Positions 13,462 through 24,133 are shown, counted from the stretch's first letter. The stretch is 64,000 nucleotides of DNA from Nitrospirota bacterium (GCA_963740085.1 CAVUCU010000005.1:160001-224000), one strand, 5' to 3'. Notes: generated by a model not told the origin, from the letters alone. Numbers and translations: made by a program.

Positions 13462-14163
13462 TTACCCTGCTATCTTCTCGACCGCAGCCGTATCCATTTT
13501 AATGCCAGGGCCCATCGTGGTGGAGATCGTTACGTTCTTAAGATACTTGCCTTTGCTCGATGAAGGTTTTGCCTTCAGTACGGACTCAAGCACTGCCTTC
13601 GCGTTTTCCACCAGTTTGCTCTCGTCAAACGATACCTTGCCCACCGGCACATGTACAATGCCTGCTTTCTCCACGCGATACTCAACTTTACCGGCCCTGA
13701 TCTCTTTAATGGCCCTTGCCACGTCGAAGGTGACCGTACCGGTCTTGGGATTCGGCATCAAACCGCGGGGGCCGAGAACCTTCCCGAGTCTGCCGACGAG
13801 ACCCATGATGTCCGGCGTTGCTACTACCGTATCGAAATCGGTCCAGCCTTCCTTCTGTATCTTTTCGGCGAGATCCTCGGAACCCACATAATCGGCGCCG
13901 GCGTCCCTTGCCTCTTTTTCCTTCTCGCCCTTTGCAAAGACGAGGATTTTGACCACTTTCCCGGTGCCGTGCGGGAGAACAACCGTTCCCCGGACCATCT
14001 GGTCGGCCTGCTTGGGATCAACACCGAGGTTCACGGCCAGATCAACGGTCTCGTCGAACTTGGTCCTTGCCGTTTTCTTGGCTAGCCCTACCGCCTCTTC
14101 GATACCATACGACTTCGTCTTGTCCACCAGTGCCGCAACTGCCTTGAATTTCTTCCCTGCCAT
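13462..14163 (-). CDS. rplA: 50S ribosomal protein L1
   Basis: [32 protein letters not shown]. Confidence 0.99.
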   Translation of the reverse strand: MAGKKFKAVAALVDKTKSYGIEEAVGLAKKTARTKFDETVDLAVNLGVDPKQADQMVRGTVVLPHGTGKVVKILVFAKGEKEKEARDAGADYVGSEDLAEKIQKEGWTDFDTVVATPDIMGLVGRLGKVLGPRGLMPNPKTGTVTFDVARAIKEIRAGKVEYRVEKAGIVHVPVGKVSFDESKLVENAKAVLESVLKAKPSSSKGKYLKNVTISTTMGPGIKMDTAAVEKIAG

Positions 14164-14174
14164 GATTCCTCCTC

Positions 14175-14205
14175 GCGGTATTAACGGCCGTTGGCGGCCT
14201 CCCGC
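14175..14205 (-). promoter_or_regulatory. Putative L1-binding mRNA site upstream of rplA
   Basis: Minus strand GCGGGAGGCCGCCAACGGCCGTTAATACCGC forms a hairpin just before the rplA RBS and resembles known L1 operators. Confidence 0.6.
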
Positions 14206-14214
14206 AATAACATC

Positions 14215-14275
14215 AAACGCGAAACACGAATTTCTAAATCCTCAGTTAGGATTTAGTGTTTAGAATTTCGACTTT
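14215..14275. repeat. Inverted heptamer arrays (rplK-rplA spacer)
   Basis: AAACGCG AAACACG AATTTCT AAATCCT-cagtt-AGGATTT AGTGTTT AGAATTT CGACTTT. Confidence 0.8.
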
Positions 14276-14279
14276 GTCG

Positions 14280-14705
14280 TTAGTCTACTACTTCCAGCCC
14301 CATGCTCTTCGCTGAGCCCTCGATCATGCGCATTGCTGATTCGACGCTTGCCGCATTGAGATCCGGCATCTTCGTCTGGGCAATCTCCTTGATCTGCGCG
14401 CGGGTCACCTTGCCGACCTTGTCCTTGTTCGGTACGCCCGAACCCTTAACAATGCCGGCGGCCTTCTTCAGAAGTTCCGCCGAGGGGGGGGTTTTGGTAA
14501 TAAAGGTGAAGGACCTGTCGGAATAGACCGTGATAATGACAGGAACGATCGTGTCTCCCAGCTTCTGGGTCTTCGCGTTGAACTGCTTGCAGAACTCCAT
14601 GATATTCACGCCGTGCTGACCGAGTGCGGGTCCCACCGGGGGAGCCGGGTTGGCCTTTCCCGCCGGAACCTGAAGCTTGATTTTACCTGTAATCTCTTTT
14701 GCCAT
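14280..14705 (-). CDS. rplK: 50S ribosomal protein L11
   Basis: [29 protein letters not shown]. Confidence 0.99.
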   Translation of the reverse strand: MAKEITGKIKLQVPAGKANPAPPVGPALGQHGVNIMEFCKQFNAKTQKLGDTIVPVIITVYSDRSFTFITKTPPSAELLKKAAGIVKGSGVPNKDKVGKVTRAQIKEIAQTKMPDLNAASVESAMRMIEGSAKSMGLEVVD

Positions 14706-14724
14706 TGATAAACTCCTACTTTAA

Positions 14725-14752
14725 TTTTGCAATTTGCATTTTGCAATTTGCA
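14725..14752. repeat. WTTTGCA heptamer x4 (nusG-rplK spacer)
   Basis: TTTTGCA ATTTGCA TTTTGCA ATTTGCA. Confidence 0.8.
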
Positions 14753-14754
14753 TT

Positions 14755-15297
14755 TTACTTGTCCTTCTCCCGCTCAACCTGCAGAAATTCCAGCTCCACC
14801 GGAGTAGAGCGCCCGAAGATGCTTACCATCACCCGGAGCCGTCCGTGTGCCGGATTTACATCTTCCACCGAGCCGATAAAGCTGTTGAACGGCCCATCGA
14901 TGACCCTGACCCGGTCGCCTTTCTGATACGCGTGCTTGGGCTGGGTCTGGGCAACGGCGCCTTCTTCCGCCTGCTTGAGGATTGCCTTAACCTCTTCGTC
15001 GGAGAGCGGCGTCGGGTTCGTGCTTCCGCCTACAAAGCCGGTGACCTTGGGTGTATCTTTTACAATATGCCACGTATTGTCGTCCATCTCCATCTCGACG
15101 AGAATATACCCGGGGAAAAACTTCCGCTGCGACTTGCGCTTCTTCCCCCCTTTGATGGAAAGAACCTCTTCGGTCGGGACCAGGATCTGTCCTATTTTTT
15201 CCTGCAGCGCGAGTTTGGAAACAGTCTCAAGGATCGTGGCCTTCACCTTGTTCTCAAAACCCGCATACGTATGGATTACATACCAGTTCATCGGCAT
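14755..15297 (-). CDS. nusG: Transcription termination/antitermination factor NusG
   Basis: WYVIHTYAGFENKV, FFPGYILVEM, KOW region with VSIFGRSTPVEL. Confidence 0.99.
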   Translation of the reverse strand: MPMNWYVIHTYAGFENKVKATILETVSKLALQEKIGQILVPTEEVLSIKGGKKRKSQRKFFPGYILVEMEMDDNTWHIVKDTPKVTGFVGGSTNPTPLSDEEVKAILKQAEEGAVAQTQPKHAYQKGDRVRVIDGPFNSFIGSVEDVNPAHGRLRVMVSIFGRSTPVELEFLQVEREKDK

Positions 15298-15305
15298 AAT
15301 AGTGC

Positions 15306-15491
15306 TTACTTAAAGGCAAGGGTCATCAATCTTCCCAACCCCAAATCTACCAAGCCCAGAAAAAAGGCGGCGATGAGCACCGTAGTGATCACCACCCAGG
15401 TAGAACCTATGACCTCCTTTTTTGTCGGAAACACAACCTTCTTGAGTTCCAGTTTTACTTCTTCGAAGAATTCCGCGATCTTTTTGAACAT
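15306..15491 (-). CDS. secE: Preprotein translocase SecE
   Basis: EVKLELKKVVFP plus one TM helix; between tRNA-Trp and nusG. Confidence 0.95.
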   Translation of the reverse strand: MFKKIAEFFEEVKLELKKVVFPTKKEVIGSTWVVITTVLIAAFFLGLVDLGLGRLMTLAFK

Positions 15492-15521
15492 GGAATAGGC
15501 CTCTTTCTACACAAGGGGATA

Positions 15522-15597
15522 TGGCAGGCCAGGAGGGACTCGAACCCCCAGCAGCCGGATTTGGAGTCCGGAGCTCTACCATTAGAGCTACTGGCCT
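15522..15597 (-). tRNA. tRNA-Trp(CCA)
   Basis: Cloverleaf AGGCCAG...CTCCAAA...TTCGAGT...CCA. Confidence 0.97.
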
Positions 15598-15631
15598 GTG
15601 TTCTTCTCAGCAGCTTCCCGATGCGACCAGG

Positions 15632-15784
15632 TTACGCTTTGGTTTCCTTATGCGTTGTGTGCTTGCGGCAGAACCGGCAGTATTTGTCCAGGTTCAGCTT
15701 GTCAGGAGTATTCCTCTTGTTCTTCGTCGTTGAGTAGTTTTTCCGCTTACACTCGCTGCAAGCGAGTAAAATGATTTCCCGCAT
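15632..15784 (-). CDS. rpmG: 50S ribosomal protein L33 (Zn-binding C+ form); absent from the ORF track
   Basis: Manual translation: [50 protein letters not shown]. Confidence 0.97.
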   Translation of the reverse strand: MREIILLACSECKRKNYSTTKNKRNTPDKLNLDKYCRFCRKHTTHKETKA

Positions 15785-15811
15785 TGTCTATTGCCTCACT
15801 CTTGTAATATT

Positions 15812-15890
15812 ACGACGGACGATGGACGACCGTTCGCTTCGCTCACTCGGACGACAGACGCCTTTGCGTCCCTCGTCCCTCGTCCCTCGT
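15812..15890. repeat. Inverted GACGA/CGTCCCT heptamer element (tuf-rpmG spacer)
   Basis: GACGGAC GATGGAC GA...GGACGACAGACG, then CGTCCCT x3. Confidence 0.75.
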
Positions 15891-15891
15891 T

Positions 15892-17091
<1,200 letters not shown>

Positions 17092-17152
17092 ACATCCCTC
17101 CGTAAAAAGATTAAAGGTAGATAAAAACCGGTTATGCGCAAAGTTTTTTTAC

Positions 17153-17228
17153 TGGAGCCCATGAGCGGGATCGAACCGCTGACCTCATCCTTACCAAGGA
17201 TGTGCTCTACCGACTGAGCTACATGGGC
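17153..17228 (-). tRNA. tRNA-Thr(GGT)
   Basis: GCCCATG...CTTGGTAAG...TTCGATC...CCA. Confidence 0.97.
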
Positions 17229-17258
17229 AGATTTCATCAGACCCCGGACTGTAGTAAC

Positions 17259-17335
17259 TGGAGCGGGAAACGGGATTCGAACCCGCGACCCCAAGCTTGG
17301 AAGGCTTGCGCTCTAGCCAGCTGAGCTATTCCCGC
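17259..17335 (-). tRNA. tRNA-Gly(TCC)
   Basis: GCGGGAA...CTTCCAA...TTCGAAT...CCA. Confidence 0.97.
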
Positions 17336-17340
17336 ATGTG

Positions 17341-17400
17341 ATTTCGAATTTCGGATTACAGGTTTCCGATTGTAAATCCACACCCCATAATCAATCCGCG
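17341..17400. repeat. Degenerate heptamer arrays between tRNA-Tyr and tRNA-Gly
   Basis: ATTTCGA ATTTCGG ATTACAG GTTTCCG ATTG ... AAATCC ... AATCCG. Confidence 0.55.
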
Positions 17401-17421
17401 TTTATTAAAAATAATAAAAAG

Positions 17422-17507
17422 TGGTGGGGAGGGGAGGTTTCGAACCTCCGTAGGCTGACGCCGACAGATTTACAGTCTGTTCCCTTTGGCCACTCGGGCA
17501 CCTCCCC
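17422..17507 (-). tRNA. tRNA-Tyr(GTA)
   Basis: Long variable arm, CTGTAAA anticodon loop, CCA end. Confidence 0.97.
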
Positions 17508-17553
17508 GATGGATACGAAACCCTGATGTCGCATGAACGAATACGTGAAAAAG

Positions 17554-17629
17554 TGGAGCCACCGAAGGGAATCGAACCCCCGACAGGCTGATTACAAATC
17601 AGCTACTCTACCAACTGAGTTACGGTGGC
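17554..17629 (-). tRNA. tRNA-Thr(TGT)
   Basis: GCCACCG...TTTGTAA...TTCGATT...CCA. Confidence 0.96.
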
Positions 17630-17731
17630 AGAACGTTCTGCACACACCACGCCCTTGCCCGATTTAATAAATCTTATATCTTACCGTAAGATAGCATTTT
17701 AAAAGATGTAGCGTCGCGTCAAAGAATTGGA

Positions 17732-17761
17732 ATTATAAGGGATTGTGGCCGTTCTTGTCAA
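17732..17761 (-). promoter_or_regulatory. Sigma70-type promoter of the tRNA-tuf operon
   Basis: TTGACA-18 nt-TATAAT on the minus strand. Confidence 0.75.
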
Positions 17762-17830
17762 GTAAAAAGATTAACGGGCGGTGTTTTGACAAAAGAGCGG
17801 GGTTGTGAAAAAACCGCTGCGCAGACGATG

Positions 17831-18577
17831 TTAGTTCTTTTCACGGCGCTGCCTGAGGACCTCATACAAAAGAGCCCCGGATGCAACGGATACATTCAGT
17901 GAATTGATCCGCCCCATGAGCGGCAGGGACACGACGTAATCGCAATGCTCCCGCACCAGCCTGCGGATGCCCTTGCCCTCCCCGCCAAGTACGATCGCGG
18001 TTGGACGGAGAAAATCTGCATCCCAGTAGACCAGGTCACCGCCCGCATCCGCGCCGGCAATCCATACGCCGCATCTTTTGAGGTCTTCGAGGGTGTTCAC
18101 GATATTCACGACCTTGACCACCGGAACGTATTCCACGGCACCGGCTGCCGTCTTGGCAGCGGTCTCAGTGAGGCCTGCGGCTCTTCTCTCGGGAATGATC
18201 ACACCGTGAACACCGGCAACTTCGGCTGTTCTGAGGATAGCGCCGAGATTTCTCGGATCTTCCACTCCATCCAGGACAAGGAAGAGCGGGGACTGCTTCT
18301 TCTGATCCGGGATCTTCAGAATATCGTCGAGCGTGGCGTACTCGCGGGCAGCCACGACGGCCAGCACGCCCTGGTGCAGGACATTCGGGGCTTCCCGATT
18401 CAAGGCGTCGCGGGTCGTCATCCTTACCTCGATGCCGCTCTCCTTGGCAACTCGTATGATCTCCCTGACTTCTCTGTCCGACTTTCTCTGCTCAACGATC
18501 AAGATGCAGTGGACAGGCCTTCCGGCCCTGAGCACCTCTGTCACGGGTTTGATGCCGAATATTTTATCTCTCTGCAT
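17831..18577 (-). CDS. rlmB: 23S rRNA (Gm2251) 2'-O-methyltransferase
   Basis: SPOUT motifs DPRNLGAILRT, GGEGKG, SLNVSVA; downstream of cysS. Confidence 0.93.
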   Translation of the reverse strand: MQRDKIFGIKPVTEVLRAGRPVHCILIVEQRKSDREVREIIRVAKESGIEVRMTTRDALNREAPNVLHQGVLAVVAAREYATLDDILKIPDQKKQSPLFLVLDGVEDPRNLGAILRTAEVAGVHGVIIPERRAAGLTETAAKTAAGAVEYVPVVKVVNIVNTLEDLKRCGVWIAGADAGGDLVYWDADFLRPTAIVLGGEGKGIRRLVREHCDYVVSLPLMGRINSLNVSVASGALLYEVLRQRREKN

Positions 18578-18641
18578 GAGGAAAGGGAGGTCTCCAAATT
18601 ACAAACTCAAGAATAATGATCTGCTCGTAAACAATCTGAGA

Positions 18642-18717
18642 TTGTCGCCCTGAGCGACGCGAAGGGTCTTTCAACAGATTAGAAAACCGAGATTCTTCGC
18701 TTCGCTCAGAATAACAA
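18642..18717. repeat. REP-like imperfect palindrome (28-bp arms)
   Basis: TTGTCGCCCTGAGCGACGCGAAGGGTCT ... AGATTCTTCGCTTCGCTCAGAATAACAA; 21 of 28 positions complementary. Confidence 0.7.
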
Positions 18718-18793
18718 ATTGGGGGTTTTGCGACTTTGCACTTATTTTGGCATTTATGTGCAATTTGAGATGCGGATATGAGGCTCCATTGAC

Positions 18794-20269
18794 CTACTTC
18801 GGTTTCCACACCGTACCGTCGGACCGGTCAAAAAGCTCCACGCCGCCGTCGTCAAGTACCTTGCGTATCCGATCGGCCTCGGCCCAATCCTTGCGCGCCC
18901 GGGCCTCGTTCCGCAGATGAATGAGTTCCTCGATCCGCTCAACGGAGAGCGAGACCTTGCTGTCCGCGAGCCTTCCCTCATTGAACCATTCCTCGGGATC
19001 GCGGAGAAAGATCCCGAGGGTCTTGTTCACATTCTCGAGGGACGCGGCCGCCGCCGACAGCAGTAAGATCACGGCATCCTGGTTCTTTTTATCCGCTTCC
19101 GCAAGGATCCTGTTCACCTCACGGACCAGATCGTAGATAAGCCCGATGGCAAATGCCGTGTTGAAGTCATCATCCATGGCCTCTTCAAAGGCCCTGGGCA
19201 GATTCTGTATTTTTTCATAAAGGGGCCGGTCAGCAACCTCGATGACCTCCTCGGGCTTGACCGAAGGATGTTTCTTCCCGGCGAGAAACTTCATGATCCC
19301 TTCCTTCATCGTATAATACCGGTCGAGCCCTGCGCGGGTGTCCTTCAGGTTCGCATCGGAGAAATCGATGGGGCTGCGATAGTGCGTGGAAAGCAGGAAC
19401 AATCGCAGCACTTCAGCATCGTACTGGTTCAGGATATCCCGGATGGTAAAGAAGTTGCCGAGCGACTTGGACATCTTCTCCTGGTTGATGTTCACAAATC
19501 CGTTATGAAGCCAGTAGTTCACGAACTTCTTTCCGGTGTACGCCTCGCTCTGCGCTATCTCGTTCTCGTGATGCGGAAAGATCAGGTCCTTGCCGCCGGC
19601 GTGGATGTCAAAGGTCTCCCCCAGGTGCTTGAACCCCATGGCAGAACACTCGATGTGCCAGCCCGGCCTGCCCGGTCCCCAGGGGCTGTCCCAGGCCGGT
19701 TCACCGGGCTTCGAGGCCTTCCAGAGAGCGAAGTCGAGCGGGTCGAGTTTGCGTTCGTCAACTTCCACGCGCGCACCCGCCTGCAGGTCCTCGAGGTTCC
19801 GTTTCGAGAGCTTGCCATACTCCTTGAAGCTTGCAACGCGGAAATACACGTCGCCGTCAATGACATAGGCGTGCCCTTTTGCCACGAGACCCTTGATGAC
19901 CTCGATCATCTCAGGGATATGTTCCGTTGCCTTGGGCTCGATGTCCGGCCTGCCCACGCCGAGACGCTTCATGTCCTCCCGGTATGCATCAATGTACTTT
20001 TGCGCAACCTCGGCTGCAGAAAGCCCTTCTTCCTTTGCGCGATTGATGATCTTGTCGTCGACATCGGTGAAGTTCCGCACATACTTCACGTCGAAGCCCT
20101 TGCGCCTGAAGTATCGCTGGATCAGGTCGAAGGCCACGGCCCCGCGCGCATGCCCGAGGTGGGAAAAATCGTATGCGGTCACGCCGCAGGCATACATGGA
20201 CATCCTGCCGGGATGGATCGGCGCAAATTCCTCTTTTTTCCCGCTCAGAGTATTATAAAGCTTTATCAT
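18794..20269 (-). CDS. cysS: Cysteine--tRNA ligase
   Basis: HLGHAR (HIGH), GRPGWHIECS, KMSKS; likely ATG at 20269. Confidence 0.98.
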   Translation of the reverse strand: MIKLYNTLSGKKEEFAPIHPGRMSMYACGVTAYDFSHLGHARGAVAFDLIQRYFRRKGFDVKYVRNFTDVDDKIINRAKEEGLSAAEVAQKYIDAYREDMKRLGVGRPDIEPKATEHIPEMIEVIKGLVAKGHAYVIDGDVYFRVASFKEYGKLSKRNLEDLQAGARVEVDERKLDPLDFALWKASKPGEPAWDSPWGPGRPGWHIECSAMGFKHLGETFDIHAGGKDLIFPHHENEIAQSEAYTGKKFVNYWLHNGFVNINQEKMSKSLGNFFTIRDILNQYDAEVLRLFLLSTHYRSPIDFSDANLKDTRAGLDRYYTMKEGIMKFLAGKKHPSVKPEEVIEVADRPLYEKIQNLPRAFEEAMDDDFNTAFAIGLIYDLVREVNRILAEADKKNQDAVILLLSAAAASLENVNKTLGIFLRDPEEWFNEGRLADSKVSLSVERIEELIHLRNEARARKDWAEADRIRKVLDDGGVELFDRSDGTVWKPK

Positions 20270-20395
20270 AGACAAACAGTCCTCAGGTGATGTAAACTTT
20301 CGCTGGTGGCATATCTGCATCATTTAGTGCGACTTGAAATATTATAGATTGCGGTAATCTTTGTCAAGAAGTTTCGTCGGTGCGGGGGGCCTGCC

Positions 20396-20899
20396 ATGAC
20401 AATCAAACCGCTCAGATTCGTTGTCCAGGAGCACAAAGCCACGCGTCTCCATTACGACTTCCGTCTCGAGATCGGCGGTGTGCTGAAATCCTGGGCGATC
20501 CCCAAGGGCCCCTCCATGAATCCAGCTGACAAGCGGCTCGCCCTTATGGTACCCGACCACGTGCTGGAATATATCGACTTTGAAGGCATCATTCCCGAGG
20601 GCAGTTATGGCGCAGGGCCGGTGGTGGTCTGGGACTCGGGAGTGTACGTTCCGCTTGATGATGATCCGGATACGGCGCTGAAGACCGGCACGCTGCACTT
20701 CGAGCTCAAGGGGAAAAAACTGAAGGGCGCCTTTATGCTGACAAAGATGACGGGTTTGCCAAAAAGTACGGGCAAGGAGTGGCTTTTGATGAAGAAAAAA
20801 GACTCCTGTGTGCTGCCCTACTTTGCAATCAAGACCGAGCTTACACCCGTGCGGCTTGCGACGCTGAAAAAAAAGGTCCCCCCGTGCGAGACGGATTAG
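20396..20899 (+). CDS. Stand-alone LigD-type DNA 3'-phosphoesterase
   Basis: FVVQEHKATRLHYDFRLE, LKSWAIPKGPS, YGAGPVVVWDSG, WLLMK. Confidence 0.9.
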   Translation: MTIKPLRFVVQEHKATRLHYDFRLEIGGVLKSWAIPKGPSMNPADKRLALMVPDHVLEYIDFEGIIPEGSYGAGPVVVWDSGVYVPLDDDPDTALKTGTLHFELKGKKLKGAFMLTKMTGLPKSTGKEWLLMKKKDSCVLPYFAIKTELTPVRLATLKKKVPPCETD

Positions 20900-21114
20900 G
20901 ATCGGAATAAGAGAATCGTGGAACGTTCGAAATAAGCTGGCACATTCCCGACTCCTTTGGTATACTTTCGGGCAAGAAAAGGAAACGTATCTTAAGTTCA
21001 ACTCCAGACAATAATCATAAAATTCCCGATCAAATACAAACTTACCTCCATTGCCCTCCTGAGCTTAGTGCCCCTGCTTGGCTTTGGCATGTATCACAGT
21101 AACGAACTGATCGA

Positions 21115-21289
21115 GAGATCAAGGGCCTGAGGCCGGGTATCAGGGCGCTCTTCATGAGCGGATATACCGCGAATATTATCCACAAGAAGGGCATTTTTGA
21201 CAGCTCAACAGAATTCATCTCAAAACCCTTTTCTCCAAAGCTTCCTCCGAAAGGTTCGTGAAATCCTGGATAAAGGTCCTGCAGCCTGA
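21115..21289 (+). pseudogene. Remnant of a C-terminal receiver domain (hybrid histidine kinase type)
   Basis: EIKGLRPGIRALFMSGYTANIIHKKGIFDSSTEFISKPFSP, frameshift, then LRKVREILDK; no 5' part. Confidence 0.7.
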
Positions 21290-21418
21290 GCAACCCCCTT
21301 CCCTCTACTTGCCTTCACTCGTTTATGCGCATAGCCCACTTTCCTGCACTTGCTCGCAACCTGCGAACCATCAGTCGCTTCTCTGTTCATGGTTCGAATA
21401 TATCAGTCGGGACCTCTT

Positions 21419-21862
21419 TCACGTCACCACGATCGTGACGTTTTCTATCGCGCCGCCCACGACAAAGACCTTTTCATTATTGCTATCCCCATCAACAGGG
21501 GTGAGAAAAAAACCTTTTGTCTTCTCGCCAAGTTTTGATAGTGAGAACCCCTTGTCCCAGGGGATCACCCCCTCGATGAACCCGACCAGCGATTCTTTGT
21601 CGAGGAACTTGACAAAAACCTTGCGTCCCGGATTTTTCCTGATCCCGAAAACCTTCCGTTCAACATATTCGCTGGAGCCCTCAAAGTTTTTAACAAAAAA
21701 AAGCGCCTTCAGCTCCTCGATCGGGACGAGGCTTTCCATGTTCGTTTTATAGTCACTCAGGATGATCGTATCCGACTCTATACTGAAATTCCTCACGAAA
21801 CCCTTCAAAAGACTGCCGTCCCTGAACCTGGCGACAATCTGTTCTCCCTCATCTCTTCCCAT
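21419..21862 (-). CDS. Conserved hypothetical protein (DUF6982-like)
   Basis: Two internal repeats, VARFRDGSLLKG and VKFLDKESLVG; KALFFVK motif; GGAGG RBS. Confidence 0.7.
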   Translation of the reverse strand: MGRDEGEQIVARFRDGSLLKGFVRNFSIESDTIILSDYKTNMESLVPIEELKALFFVKNFEGSSEYVERKVFGIRKNPGRKVFVKFLDKESLVGFIEGVIPWDKGFSLSKLGEKTKGFFLTPVDGDSNNEKVFVVGGAIENVTIVVT

Positions 21863-22131
21863 GCGGCCACCTCCGGAACGCCGATTTATTGAAGTAAAGA
21901 GTACCACCATGCCTTATCCGTTGCAACCTTGGTCCGAAAATACCGATGTCCGAAACCAGCGCGACCAGGACCAGGCGGATGCCTGGTAATCCGTGACAGT
22001 ATGAGAAAAATTTCTTGAGTTTTGCCTCGTAAAATACTATAGTAAGCACGCGTTGGTCGCTAGCAAAAAGTTCACGTACGCTCTCAACGTTGGCCACGGC
22101 AGTACATACCATCACTTTCAGGAGATTATTA

Positions 22132-23163
22132 ATGTCCAGAGCAGACAGATTCTTAAAGGCATGCAGACGTGAGCCGGTGGATTGCACCCCGGTATGGATG
22201 ATGCGCCAGGCAGGAAGGTATCTGCCTGAATACCGCGAGATCCGCGCCAAGCACACCTTCCTCGAGATGTGCAAGACGCCGGAGGTGGCAGCCGAGGTGA
22301 CGATCCAGCCGGTACGCCGCTATGACATCGATGCTGCAATCATTTTTGCAGACATCCTGCTGCCGCTCGAGCCCATGGGCATCGGCCTTGAGTTTGCAAA
22401 GGGAGAGGGCCCGGTGATCCACAACCCGGTGCGAACCATGGCGGATGTGCTGAAGCTGAAGCCCGTCGACTCCGCCAACCAGATCACCTATCTCATGACT
22501 GCCATCAAGATCGTTCTTAAGGAGCTGAACAATAAAGTTCCGCTCATCGGCTTCTCCGGCGCGCCCTTCACGCTTGCATCCTATATGATCGAGGGTGGCG
22601 GGTCGCGCAACTATGAGCATGCCAAGGCCATGATGTTCGCCGAACCAAAGACATGGCATAAACTCATGGAACATCTCACCGGCGTTATTATCAACTATCT
22701 TGACGCCCAGATCGATGCCGGCGTGCAGGTCGTCCAGCTCTTCGACTCCTGGGTAGGCGCCCTCGGACCGACCGACTACCGCGAGTTCGTGCTGCCGCAC
22801 CAGAAGAATGTGATCGCCGGCGTCAAGAAGACCGTGCCGCTCATCCACTTCGCTCACGGGGCAACGCATTTGCTGGAAATGGTTTCGGAGGCGGGCGGTG
22901 ATGTGATCGGACTCGACTGGCGCTGCAATCTTGACGAGGCCTGGAAGCGCGTGGGATACGATAAAGCCGTGCAGGGCAACATCGACCCCATCTCTCTCTT
23001 CGGGTCCAAGGAATTTATCCGCAAACGCACCCGGGAGATCCTCGACCGGGCCGGCAACAGGAACGGCCATATCATGAACCTGGGGCACGGCATCCTGCAG
23101 CAGACGCCGCTCGACCATGCTGCGGAGTTCATCAACGCAACCCATGAACTCAGCAAGCGCTGA
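22132..23163 (+). CDS. hemE: Uroporphyrinogen decarboxylase
   Basis: PVWMMRQAGRYLPEY, DAAIIFADIL, NLGHGI. Confidence 0.97.
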   Translation: MSRADRFLKACRREPVDCTPVWMMRQAGRYLPEYREIRAKHTFLEMCKTPEVAAEVTIQPVRRYDIDAAIIFADILLPLEPMGIGLEFAKGEGPVIHNPVRTMADVLKLKPVDSANQITYLMTAIKIVLKELNNKVPLIGFSGAPFTLASYMIEGGGSRNYEHAKAMMFAEPKTWHKLMEHLTGVIINYLDAQIDAGVQVVQLFDSWVGALGPTDYREFVLPHQKNVIAGVKKTVPLIHFAHGATHLLEMVSEAGGDVIGLDWRCNLDEAWKRVGYDKAVQGNIDPISLFGSKEFIRKRTREILDRAGNRNGHIMNLGHGILQQTPLDHAAEFINATHELSKR

Positions 23164-23165
23164 GT

Positions 23166-23235
23166 AAACTCTAAATTCGAATATCTAAACCCTGAACAGG
23201 GCCTGACAGGATTTCGGACTTCGAAATTCGGATTT
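23166..23235. repeat. Inverted heptamer arrays (hemE-hemH spacer)
   Basis: AAACTCT AAATTCG AATATCT AAACCCT ... GATTTCG GACTTCG AAATTCG GATTT. Confidence 0.8.
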
Positions 23236-23236
23236 G

Positions 23237-24133
23237 ATGCCAAAAACCGCCATTATACTTATCGCCCTTGGTGGTCCCCGGTCTCTCGACGAGGTGGGAC
23301 CGTTCATGACTGCCTTCATGGGAAGGCCGGCGCCCCCGCCCGTTGTTTCCGCAATCGTCGATCGCTACAGGCTCATCGGCGGAAAATCGCCGCTTCCCGG
23401 GATGGTAAAGCTCCAGGCCAGCGCGCTTGAGAAAGAACTCGGCAATAACTACCGAGTGTACGAAGGTTTCCGGTACTCAAAGCCGACCGTATCCGAGTCC
23501 TTCGATCGGGCCATTACGAACGGAGCGCGTCGCGTGATCGCACTCTCCATGTCGCCCTTTGCCACGGAGGTCACCACGGGCGCTTACAAGAGCGCCTGCG
23601 AAGGACTGGGAAGCGGCGAAACCTGTCCGCTCTTCATCGCAAGCTGGCATAATAATCCCTTTTTCATCGAGGCTTGGCGGGAACTGGTATTCCAGGGACT
23701 GAAGCGATTTTCGACAGGACAGCAAGAACAGGTTGTGGTCATCTTTACCAGTCACAGCATCCCGGTGCGGTACATCACTGCCGGTGATCCCTACCAGCGT
23801 CAGCTCGAAGAAACAGTGAAACTCGTGGTGAACAGCCTTGCAATCAGGAACTGGCGCGTTGCCTGGCAGAGCAAGGGTGCGCGGGCAACCGAACCATGGC
23901 TCCAACCCGAGGTGGAGCCCACACTGGACCTGATCGCCCAGGAAGGATTCAAGGCCGTGCTCGAAGTACCCATCGGGTTCACCTGCGACCATATGGAGAC
24001 TCTGTATGATATCGATATCGTTCACCGGGCTCACGCCGAAAAGCTGGGGCTCAACTTTGAACGCGCGGCATCGTTGAATACCTCCCCGCTTTTCATTAAA
24101 GCCCTGTCGGATATTGTAGGAAAAGCAGTATAA
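23237..24133 (+). CDS. hemH: Ferrochelatase (likely coproporphyrin type)
   Basis: YRLIGGKSPL, FTSHSIP, GDPY, WLQP, PIGFTCDHMETLYDID. Confidence 0.93.
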   Translation: MPKTAIILIALGGPRSLDEVGPFMTAFMGRPAPPPVVSAIVDRYRLIGGKSPLPGMVKLQASALEKELGNNYRVYEGFRYSKPTVSESFDRAITNGARRVIALSMSPFATEVTTGAYKSACEGLGSGETCPLFIASWHNNPFFIEAWRELVFQGLKRFSTGQQEQVVVIFTSHSIPVRYITAGDPYQRQLEETVKLVVNSLAIRNWRVAWQSKGARATEPWLQPEVEPTLDLIAQEGFKAVLEVPIGFTCDHMETLYDIDIVHRAHAEKLGLNFERAASLNTSPLFIKALSDIVGKAV

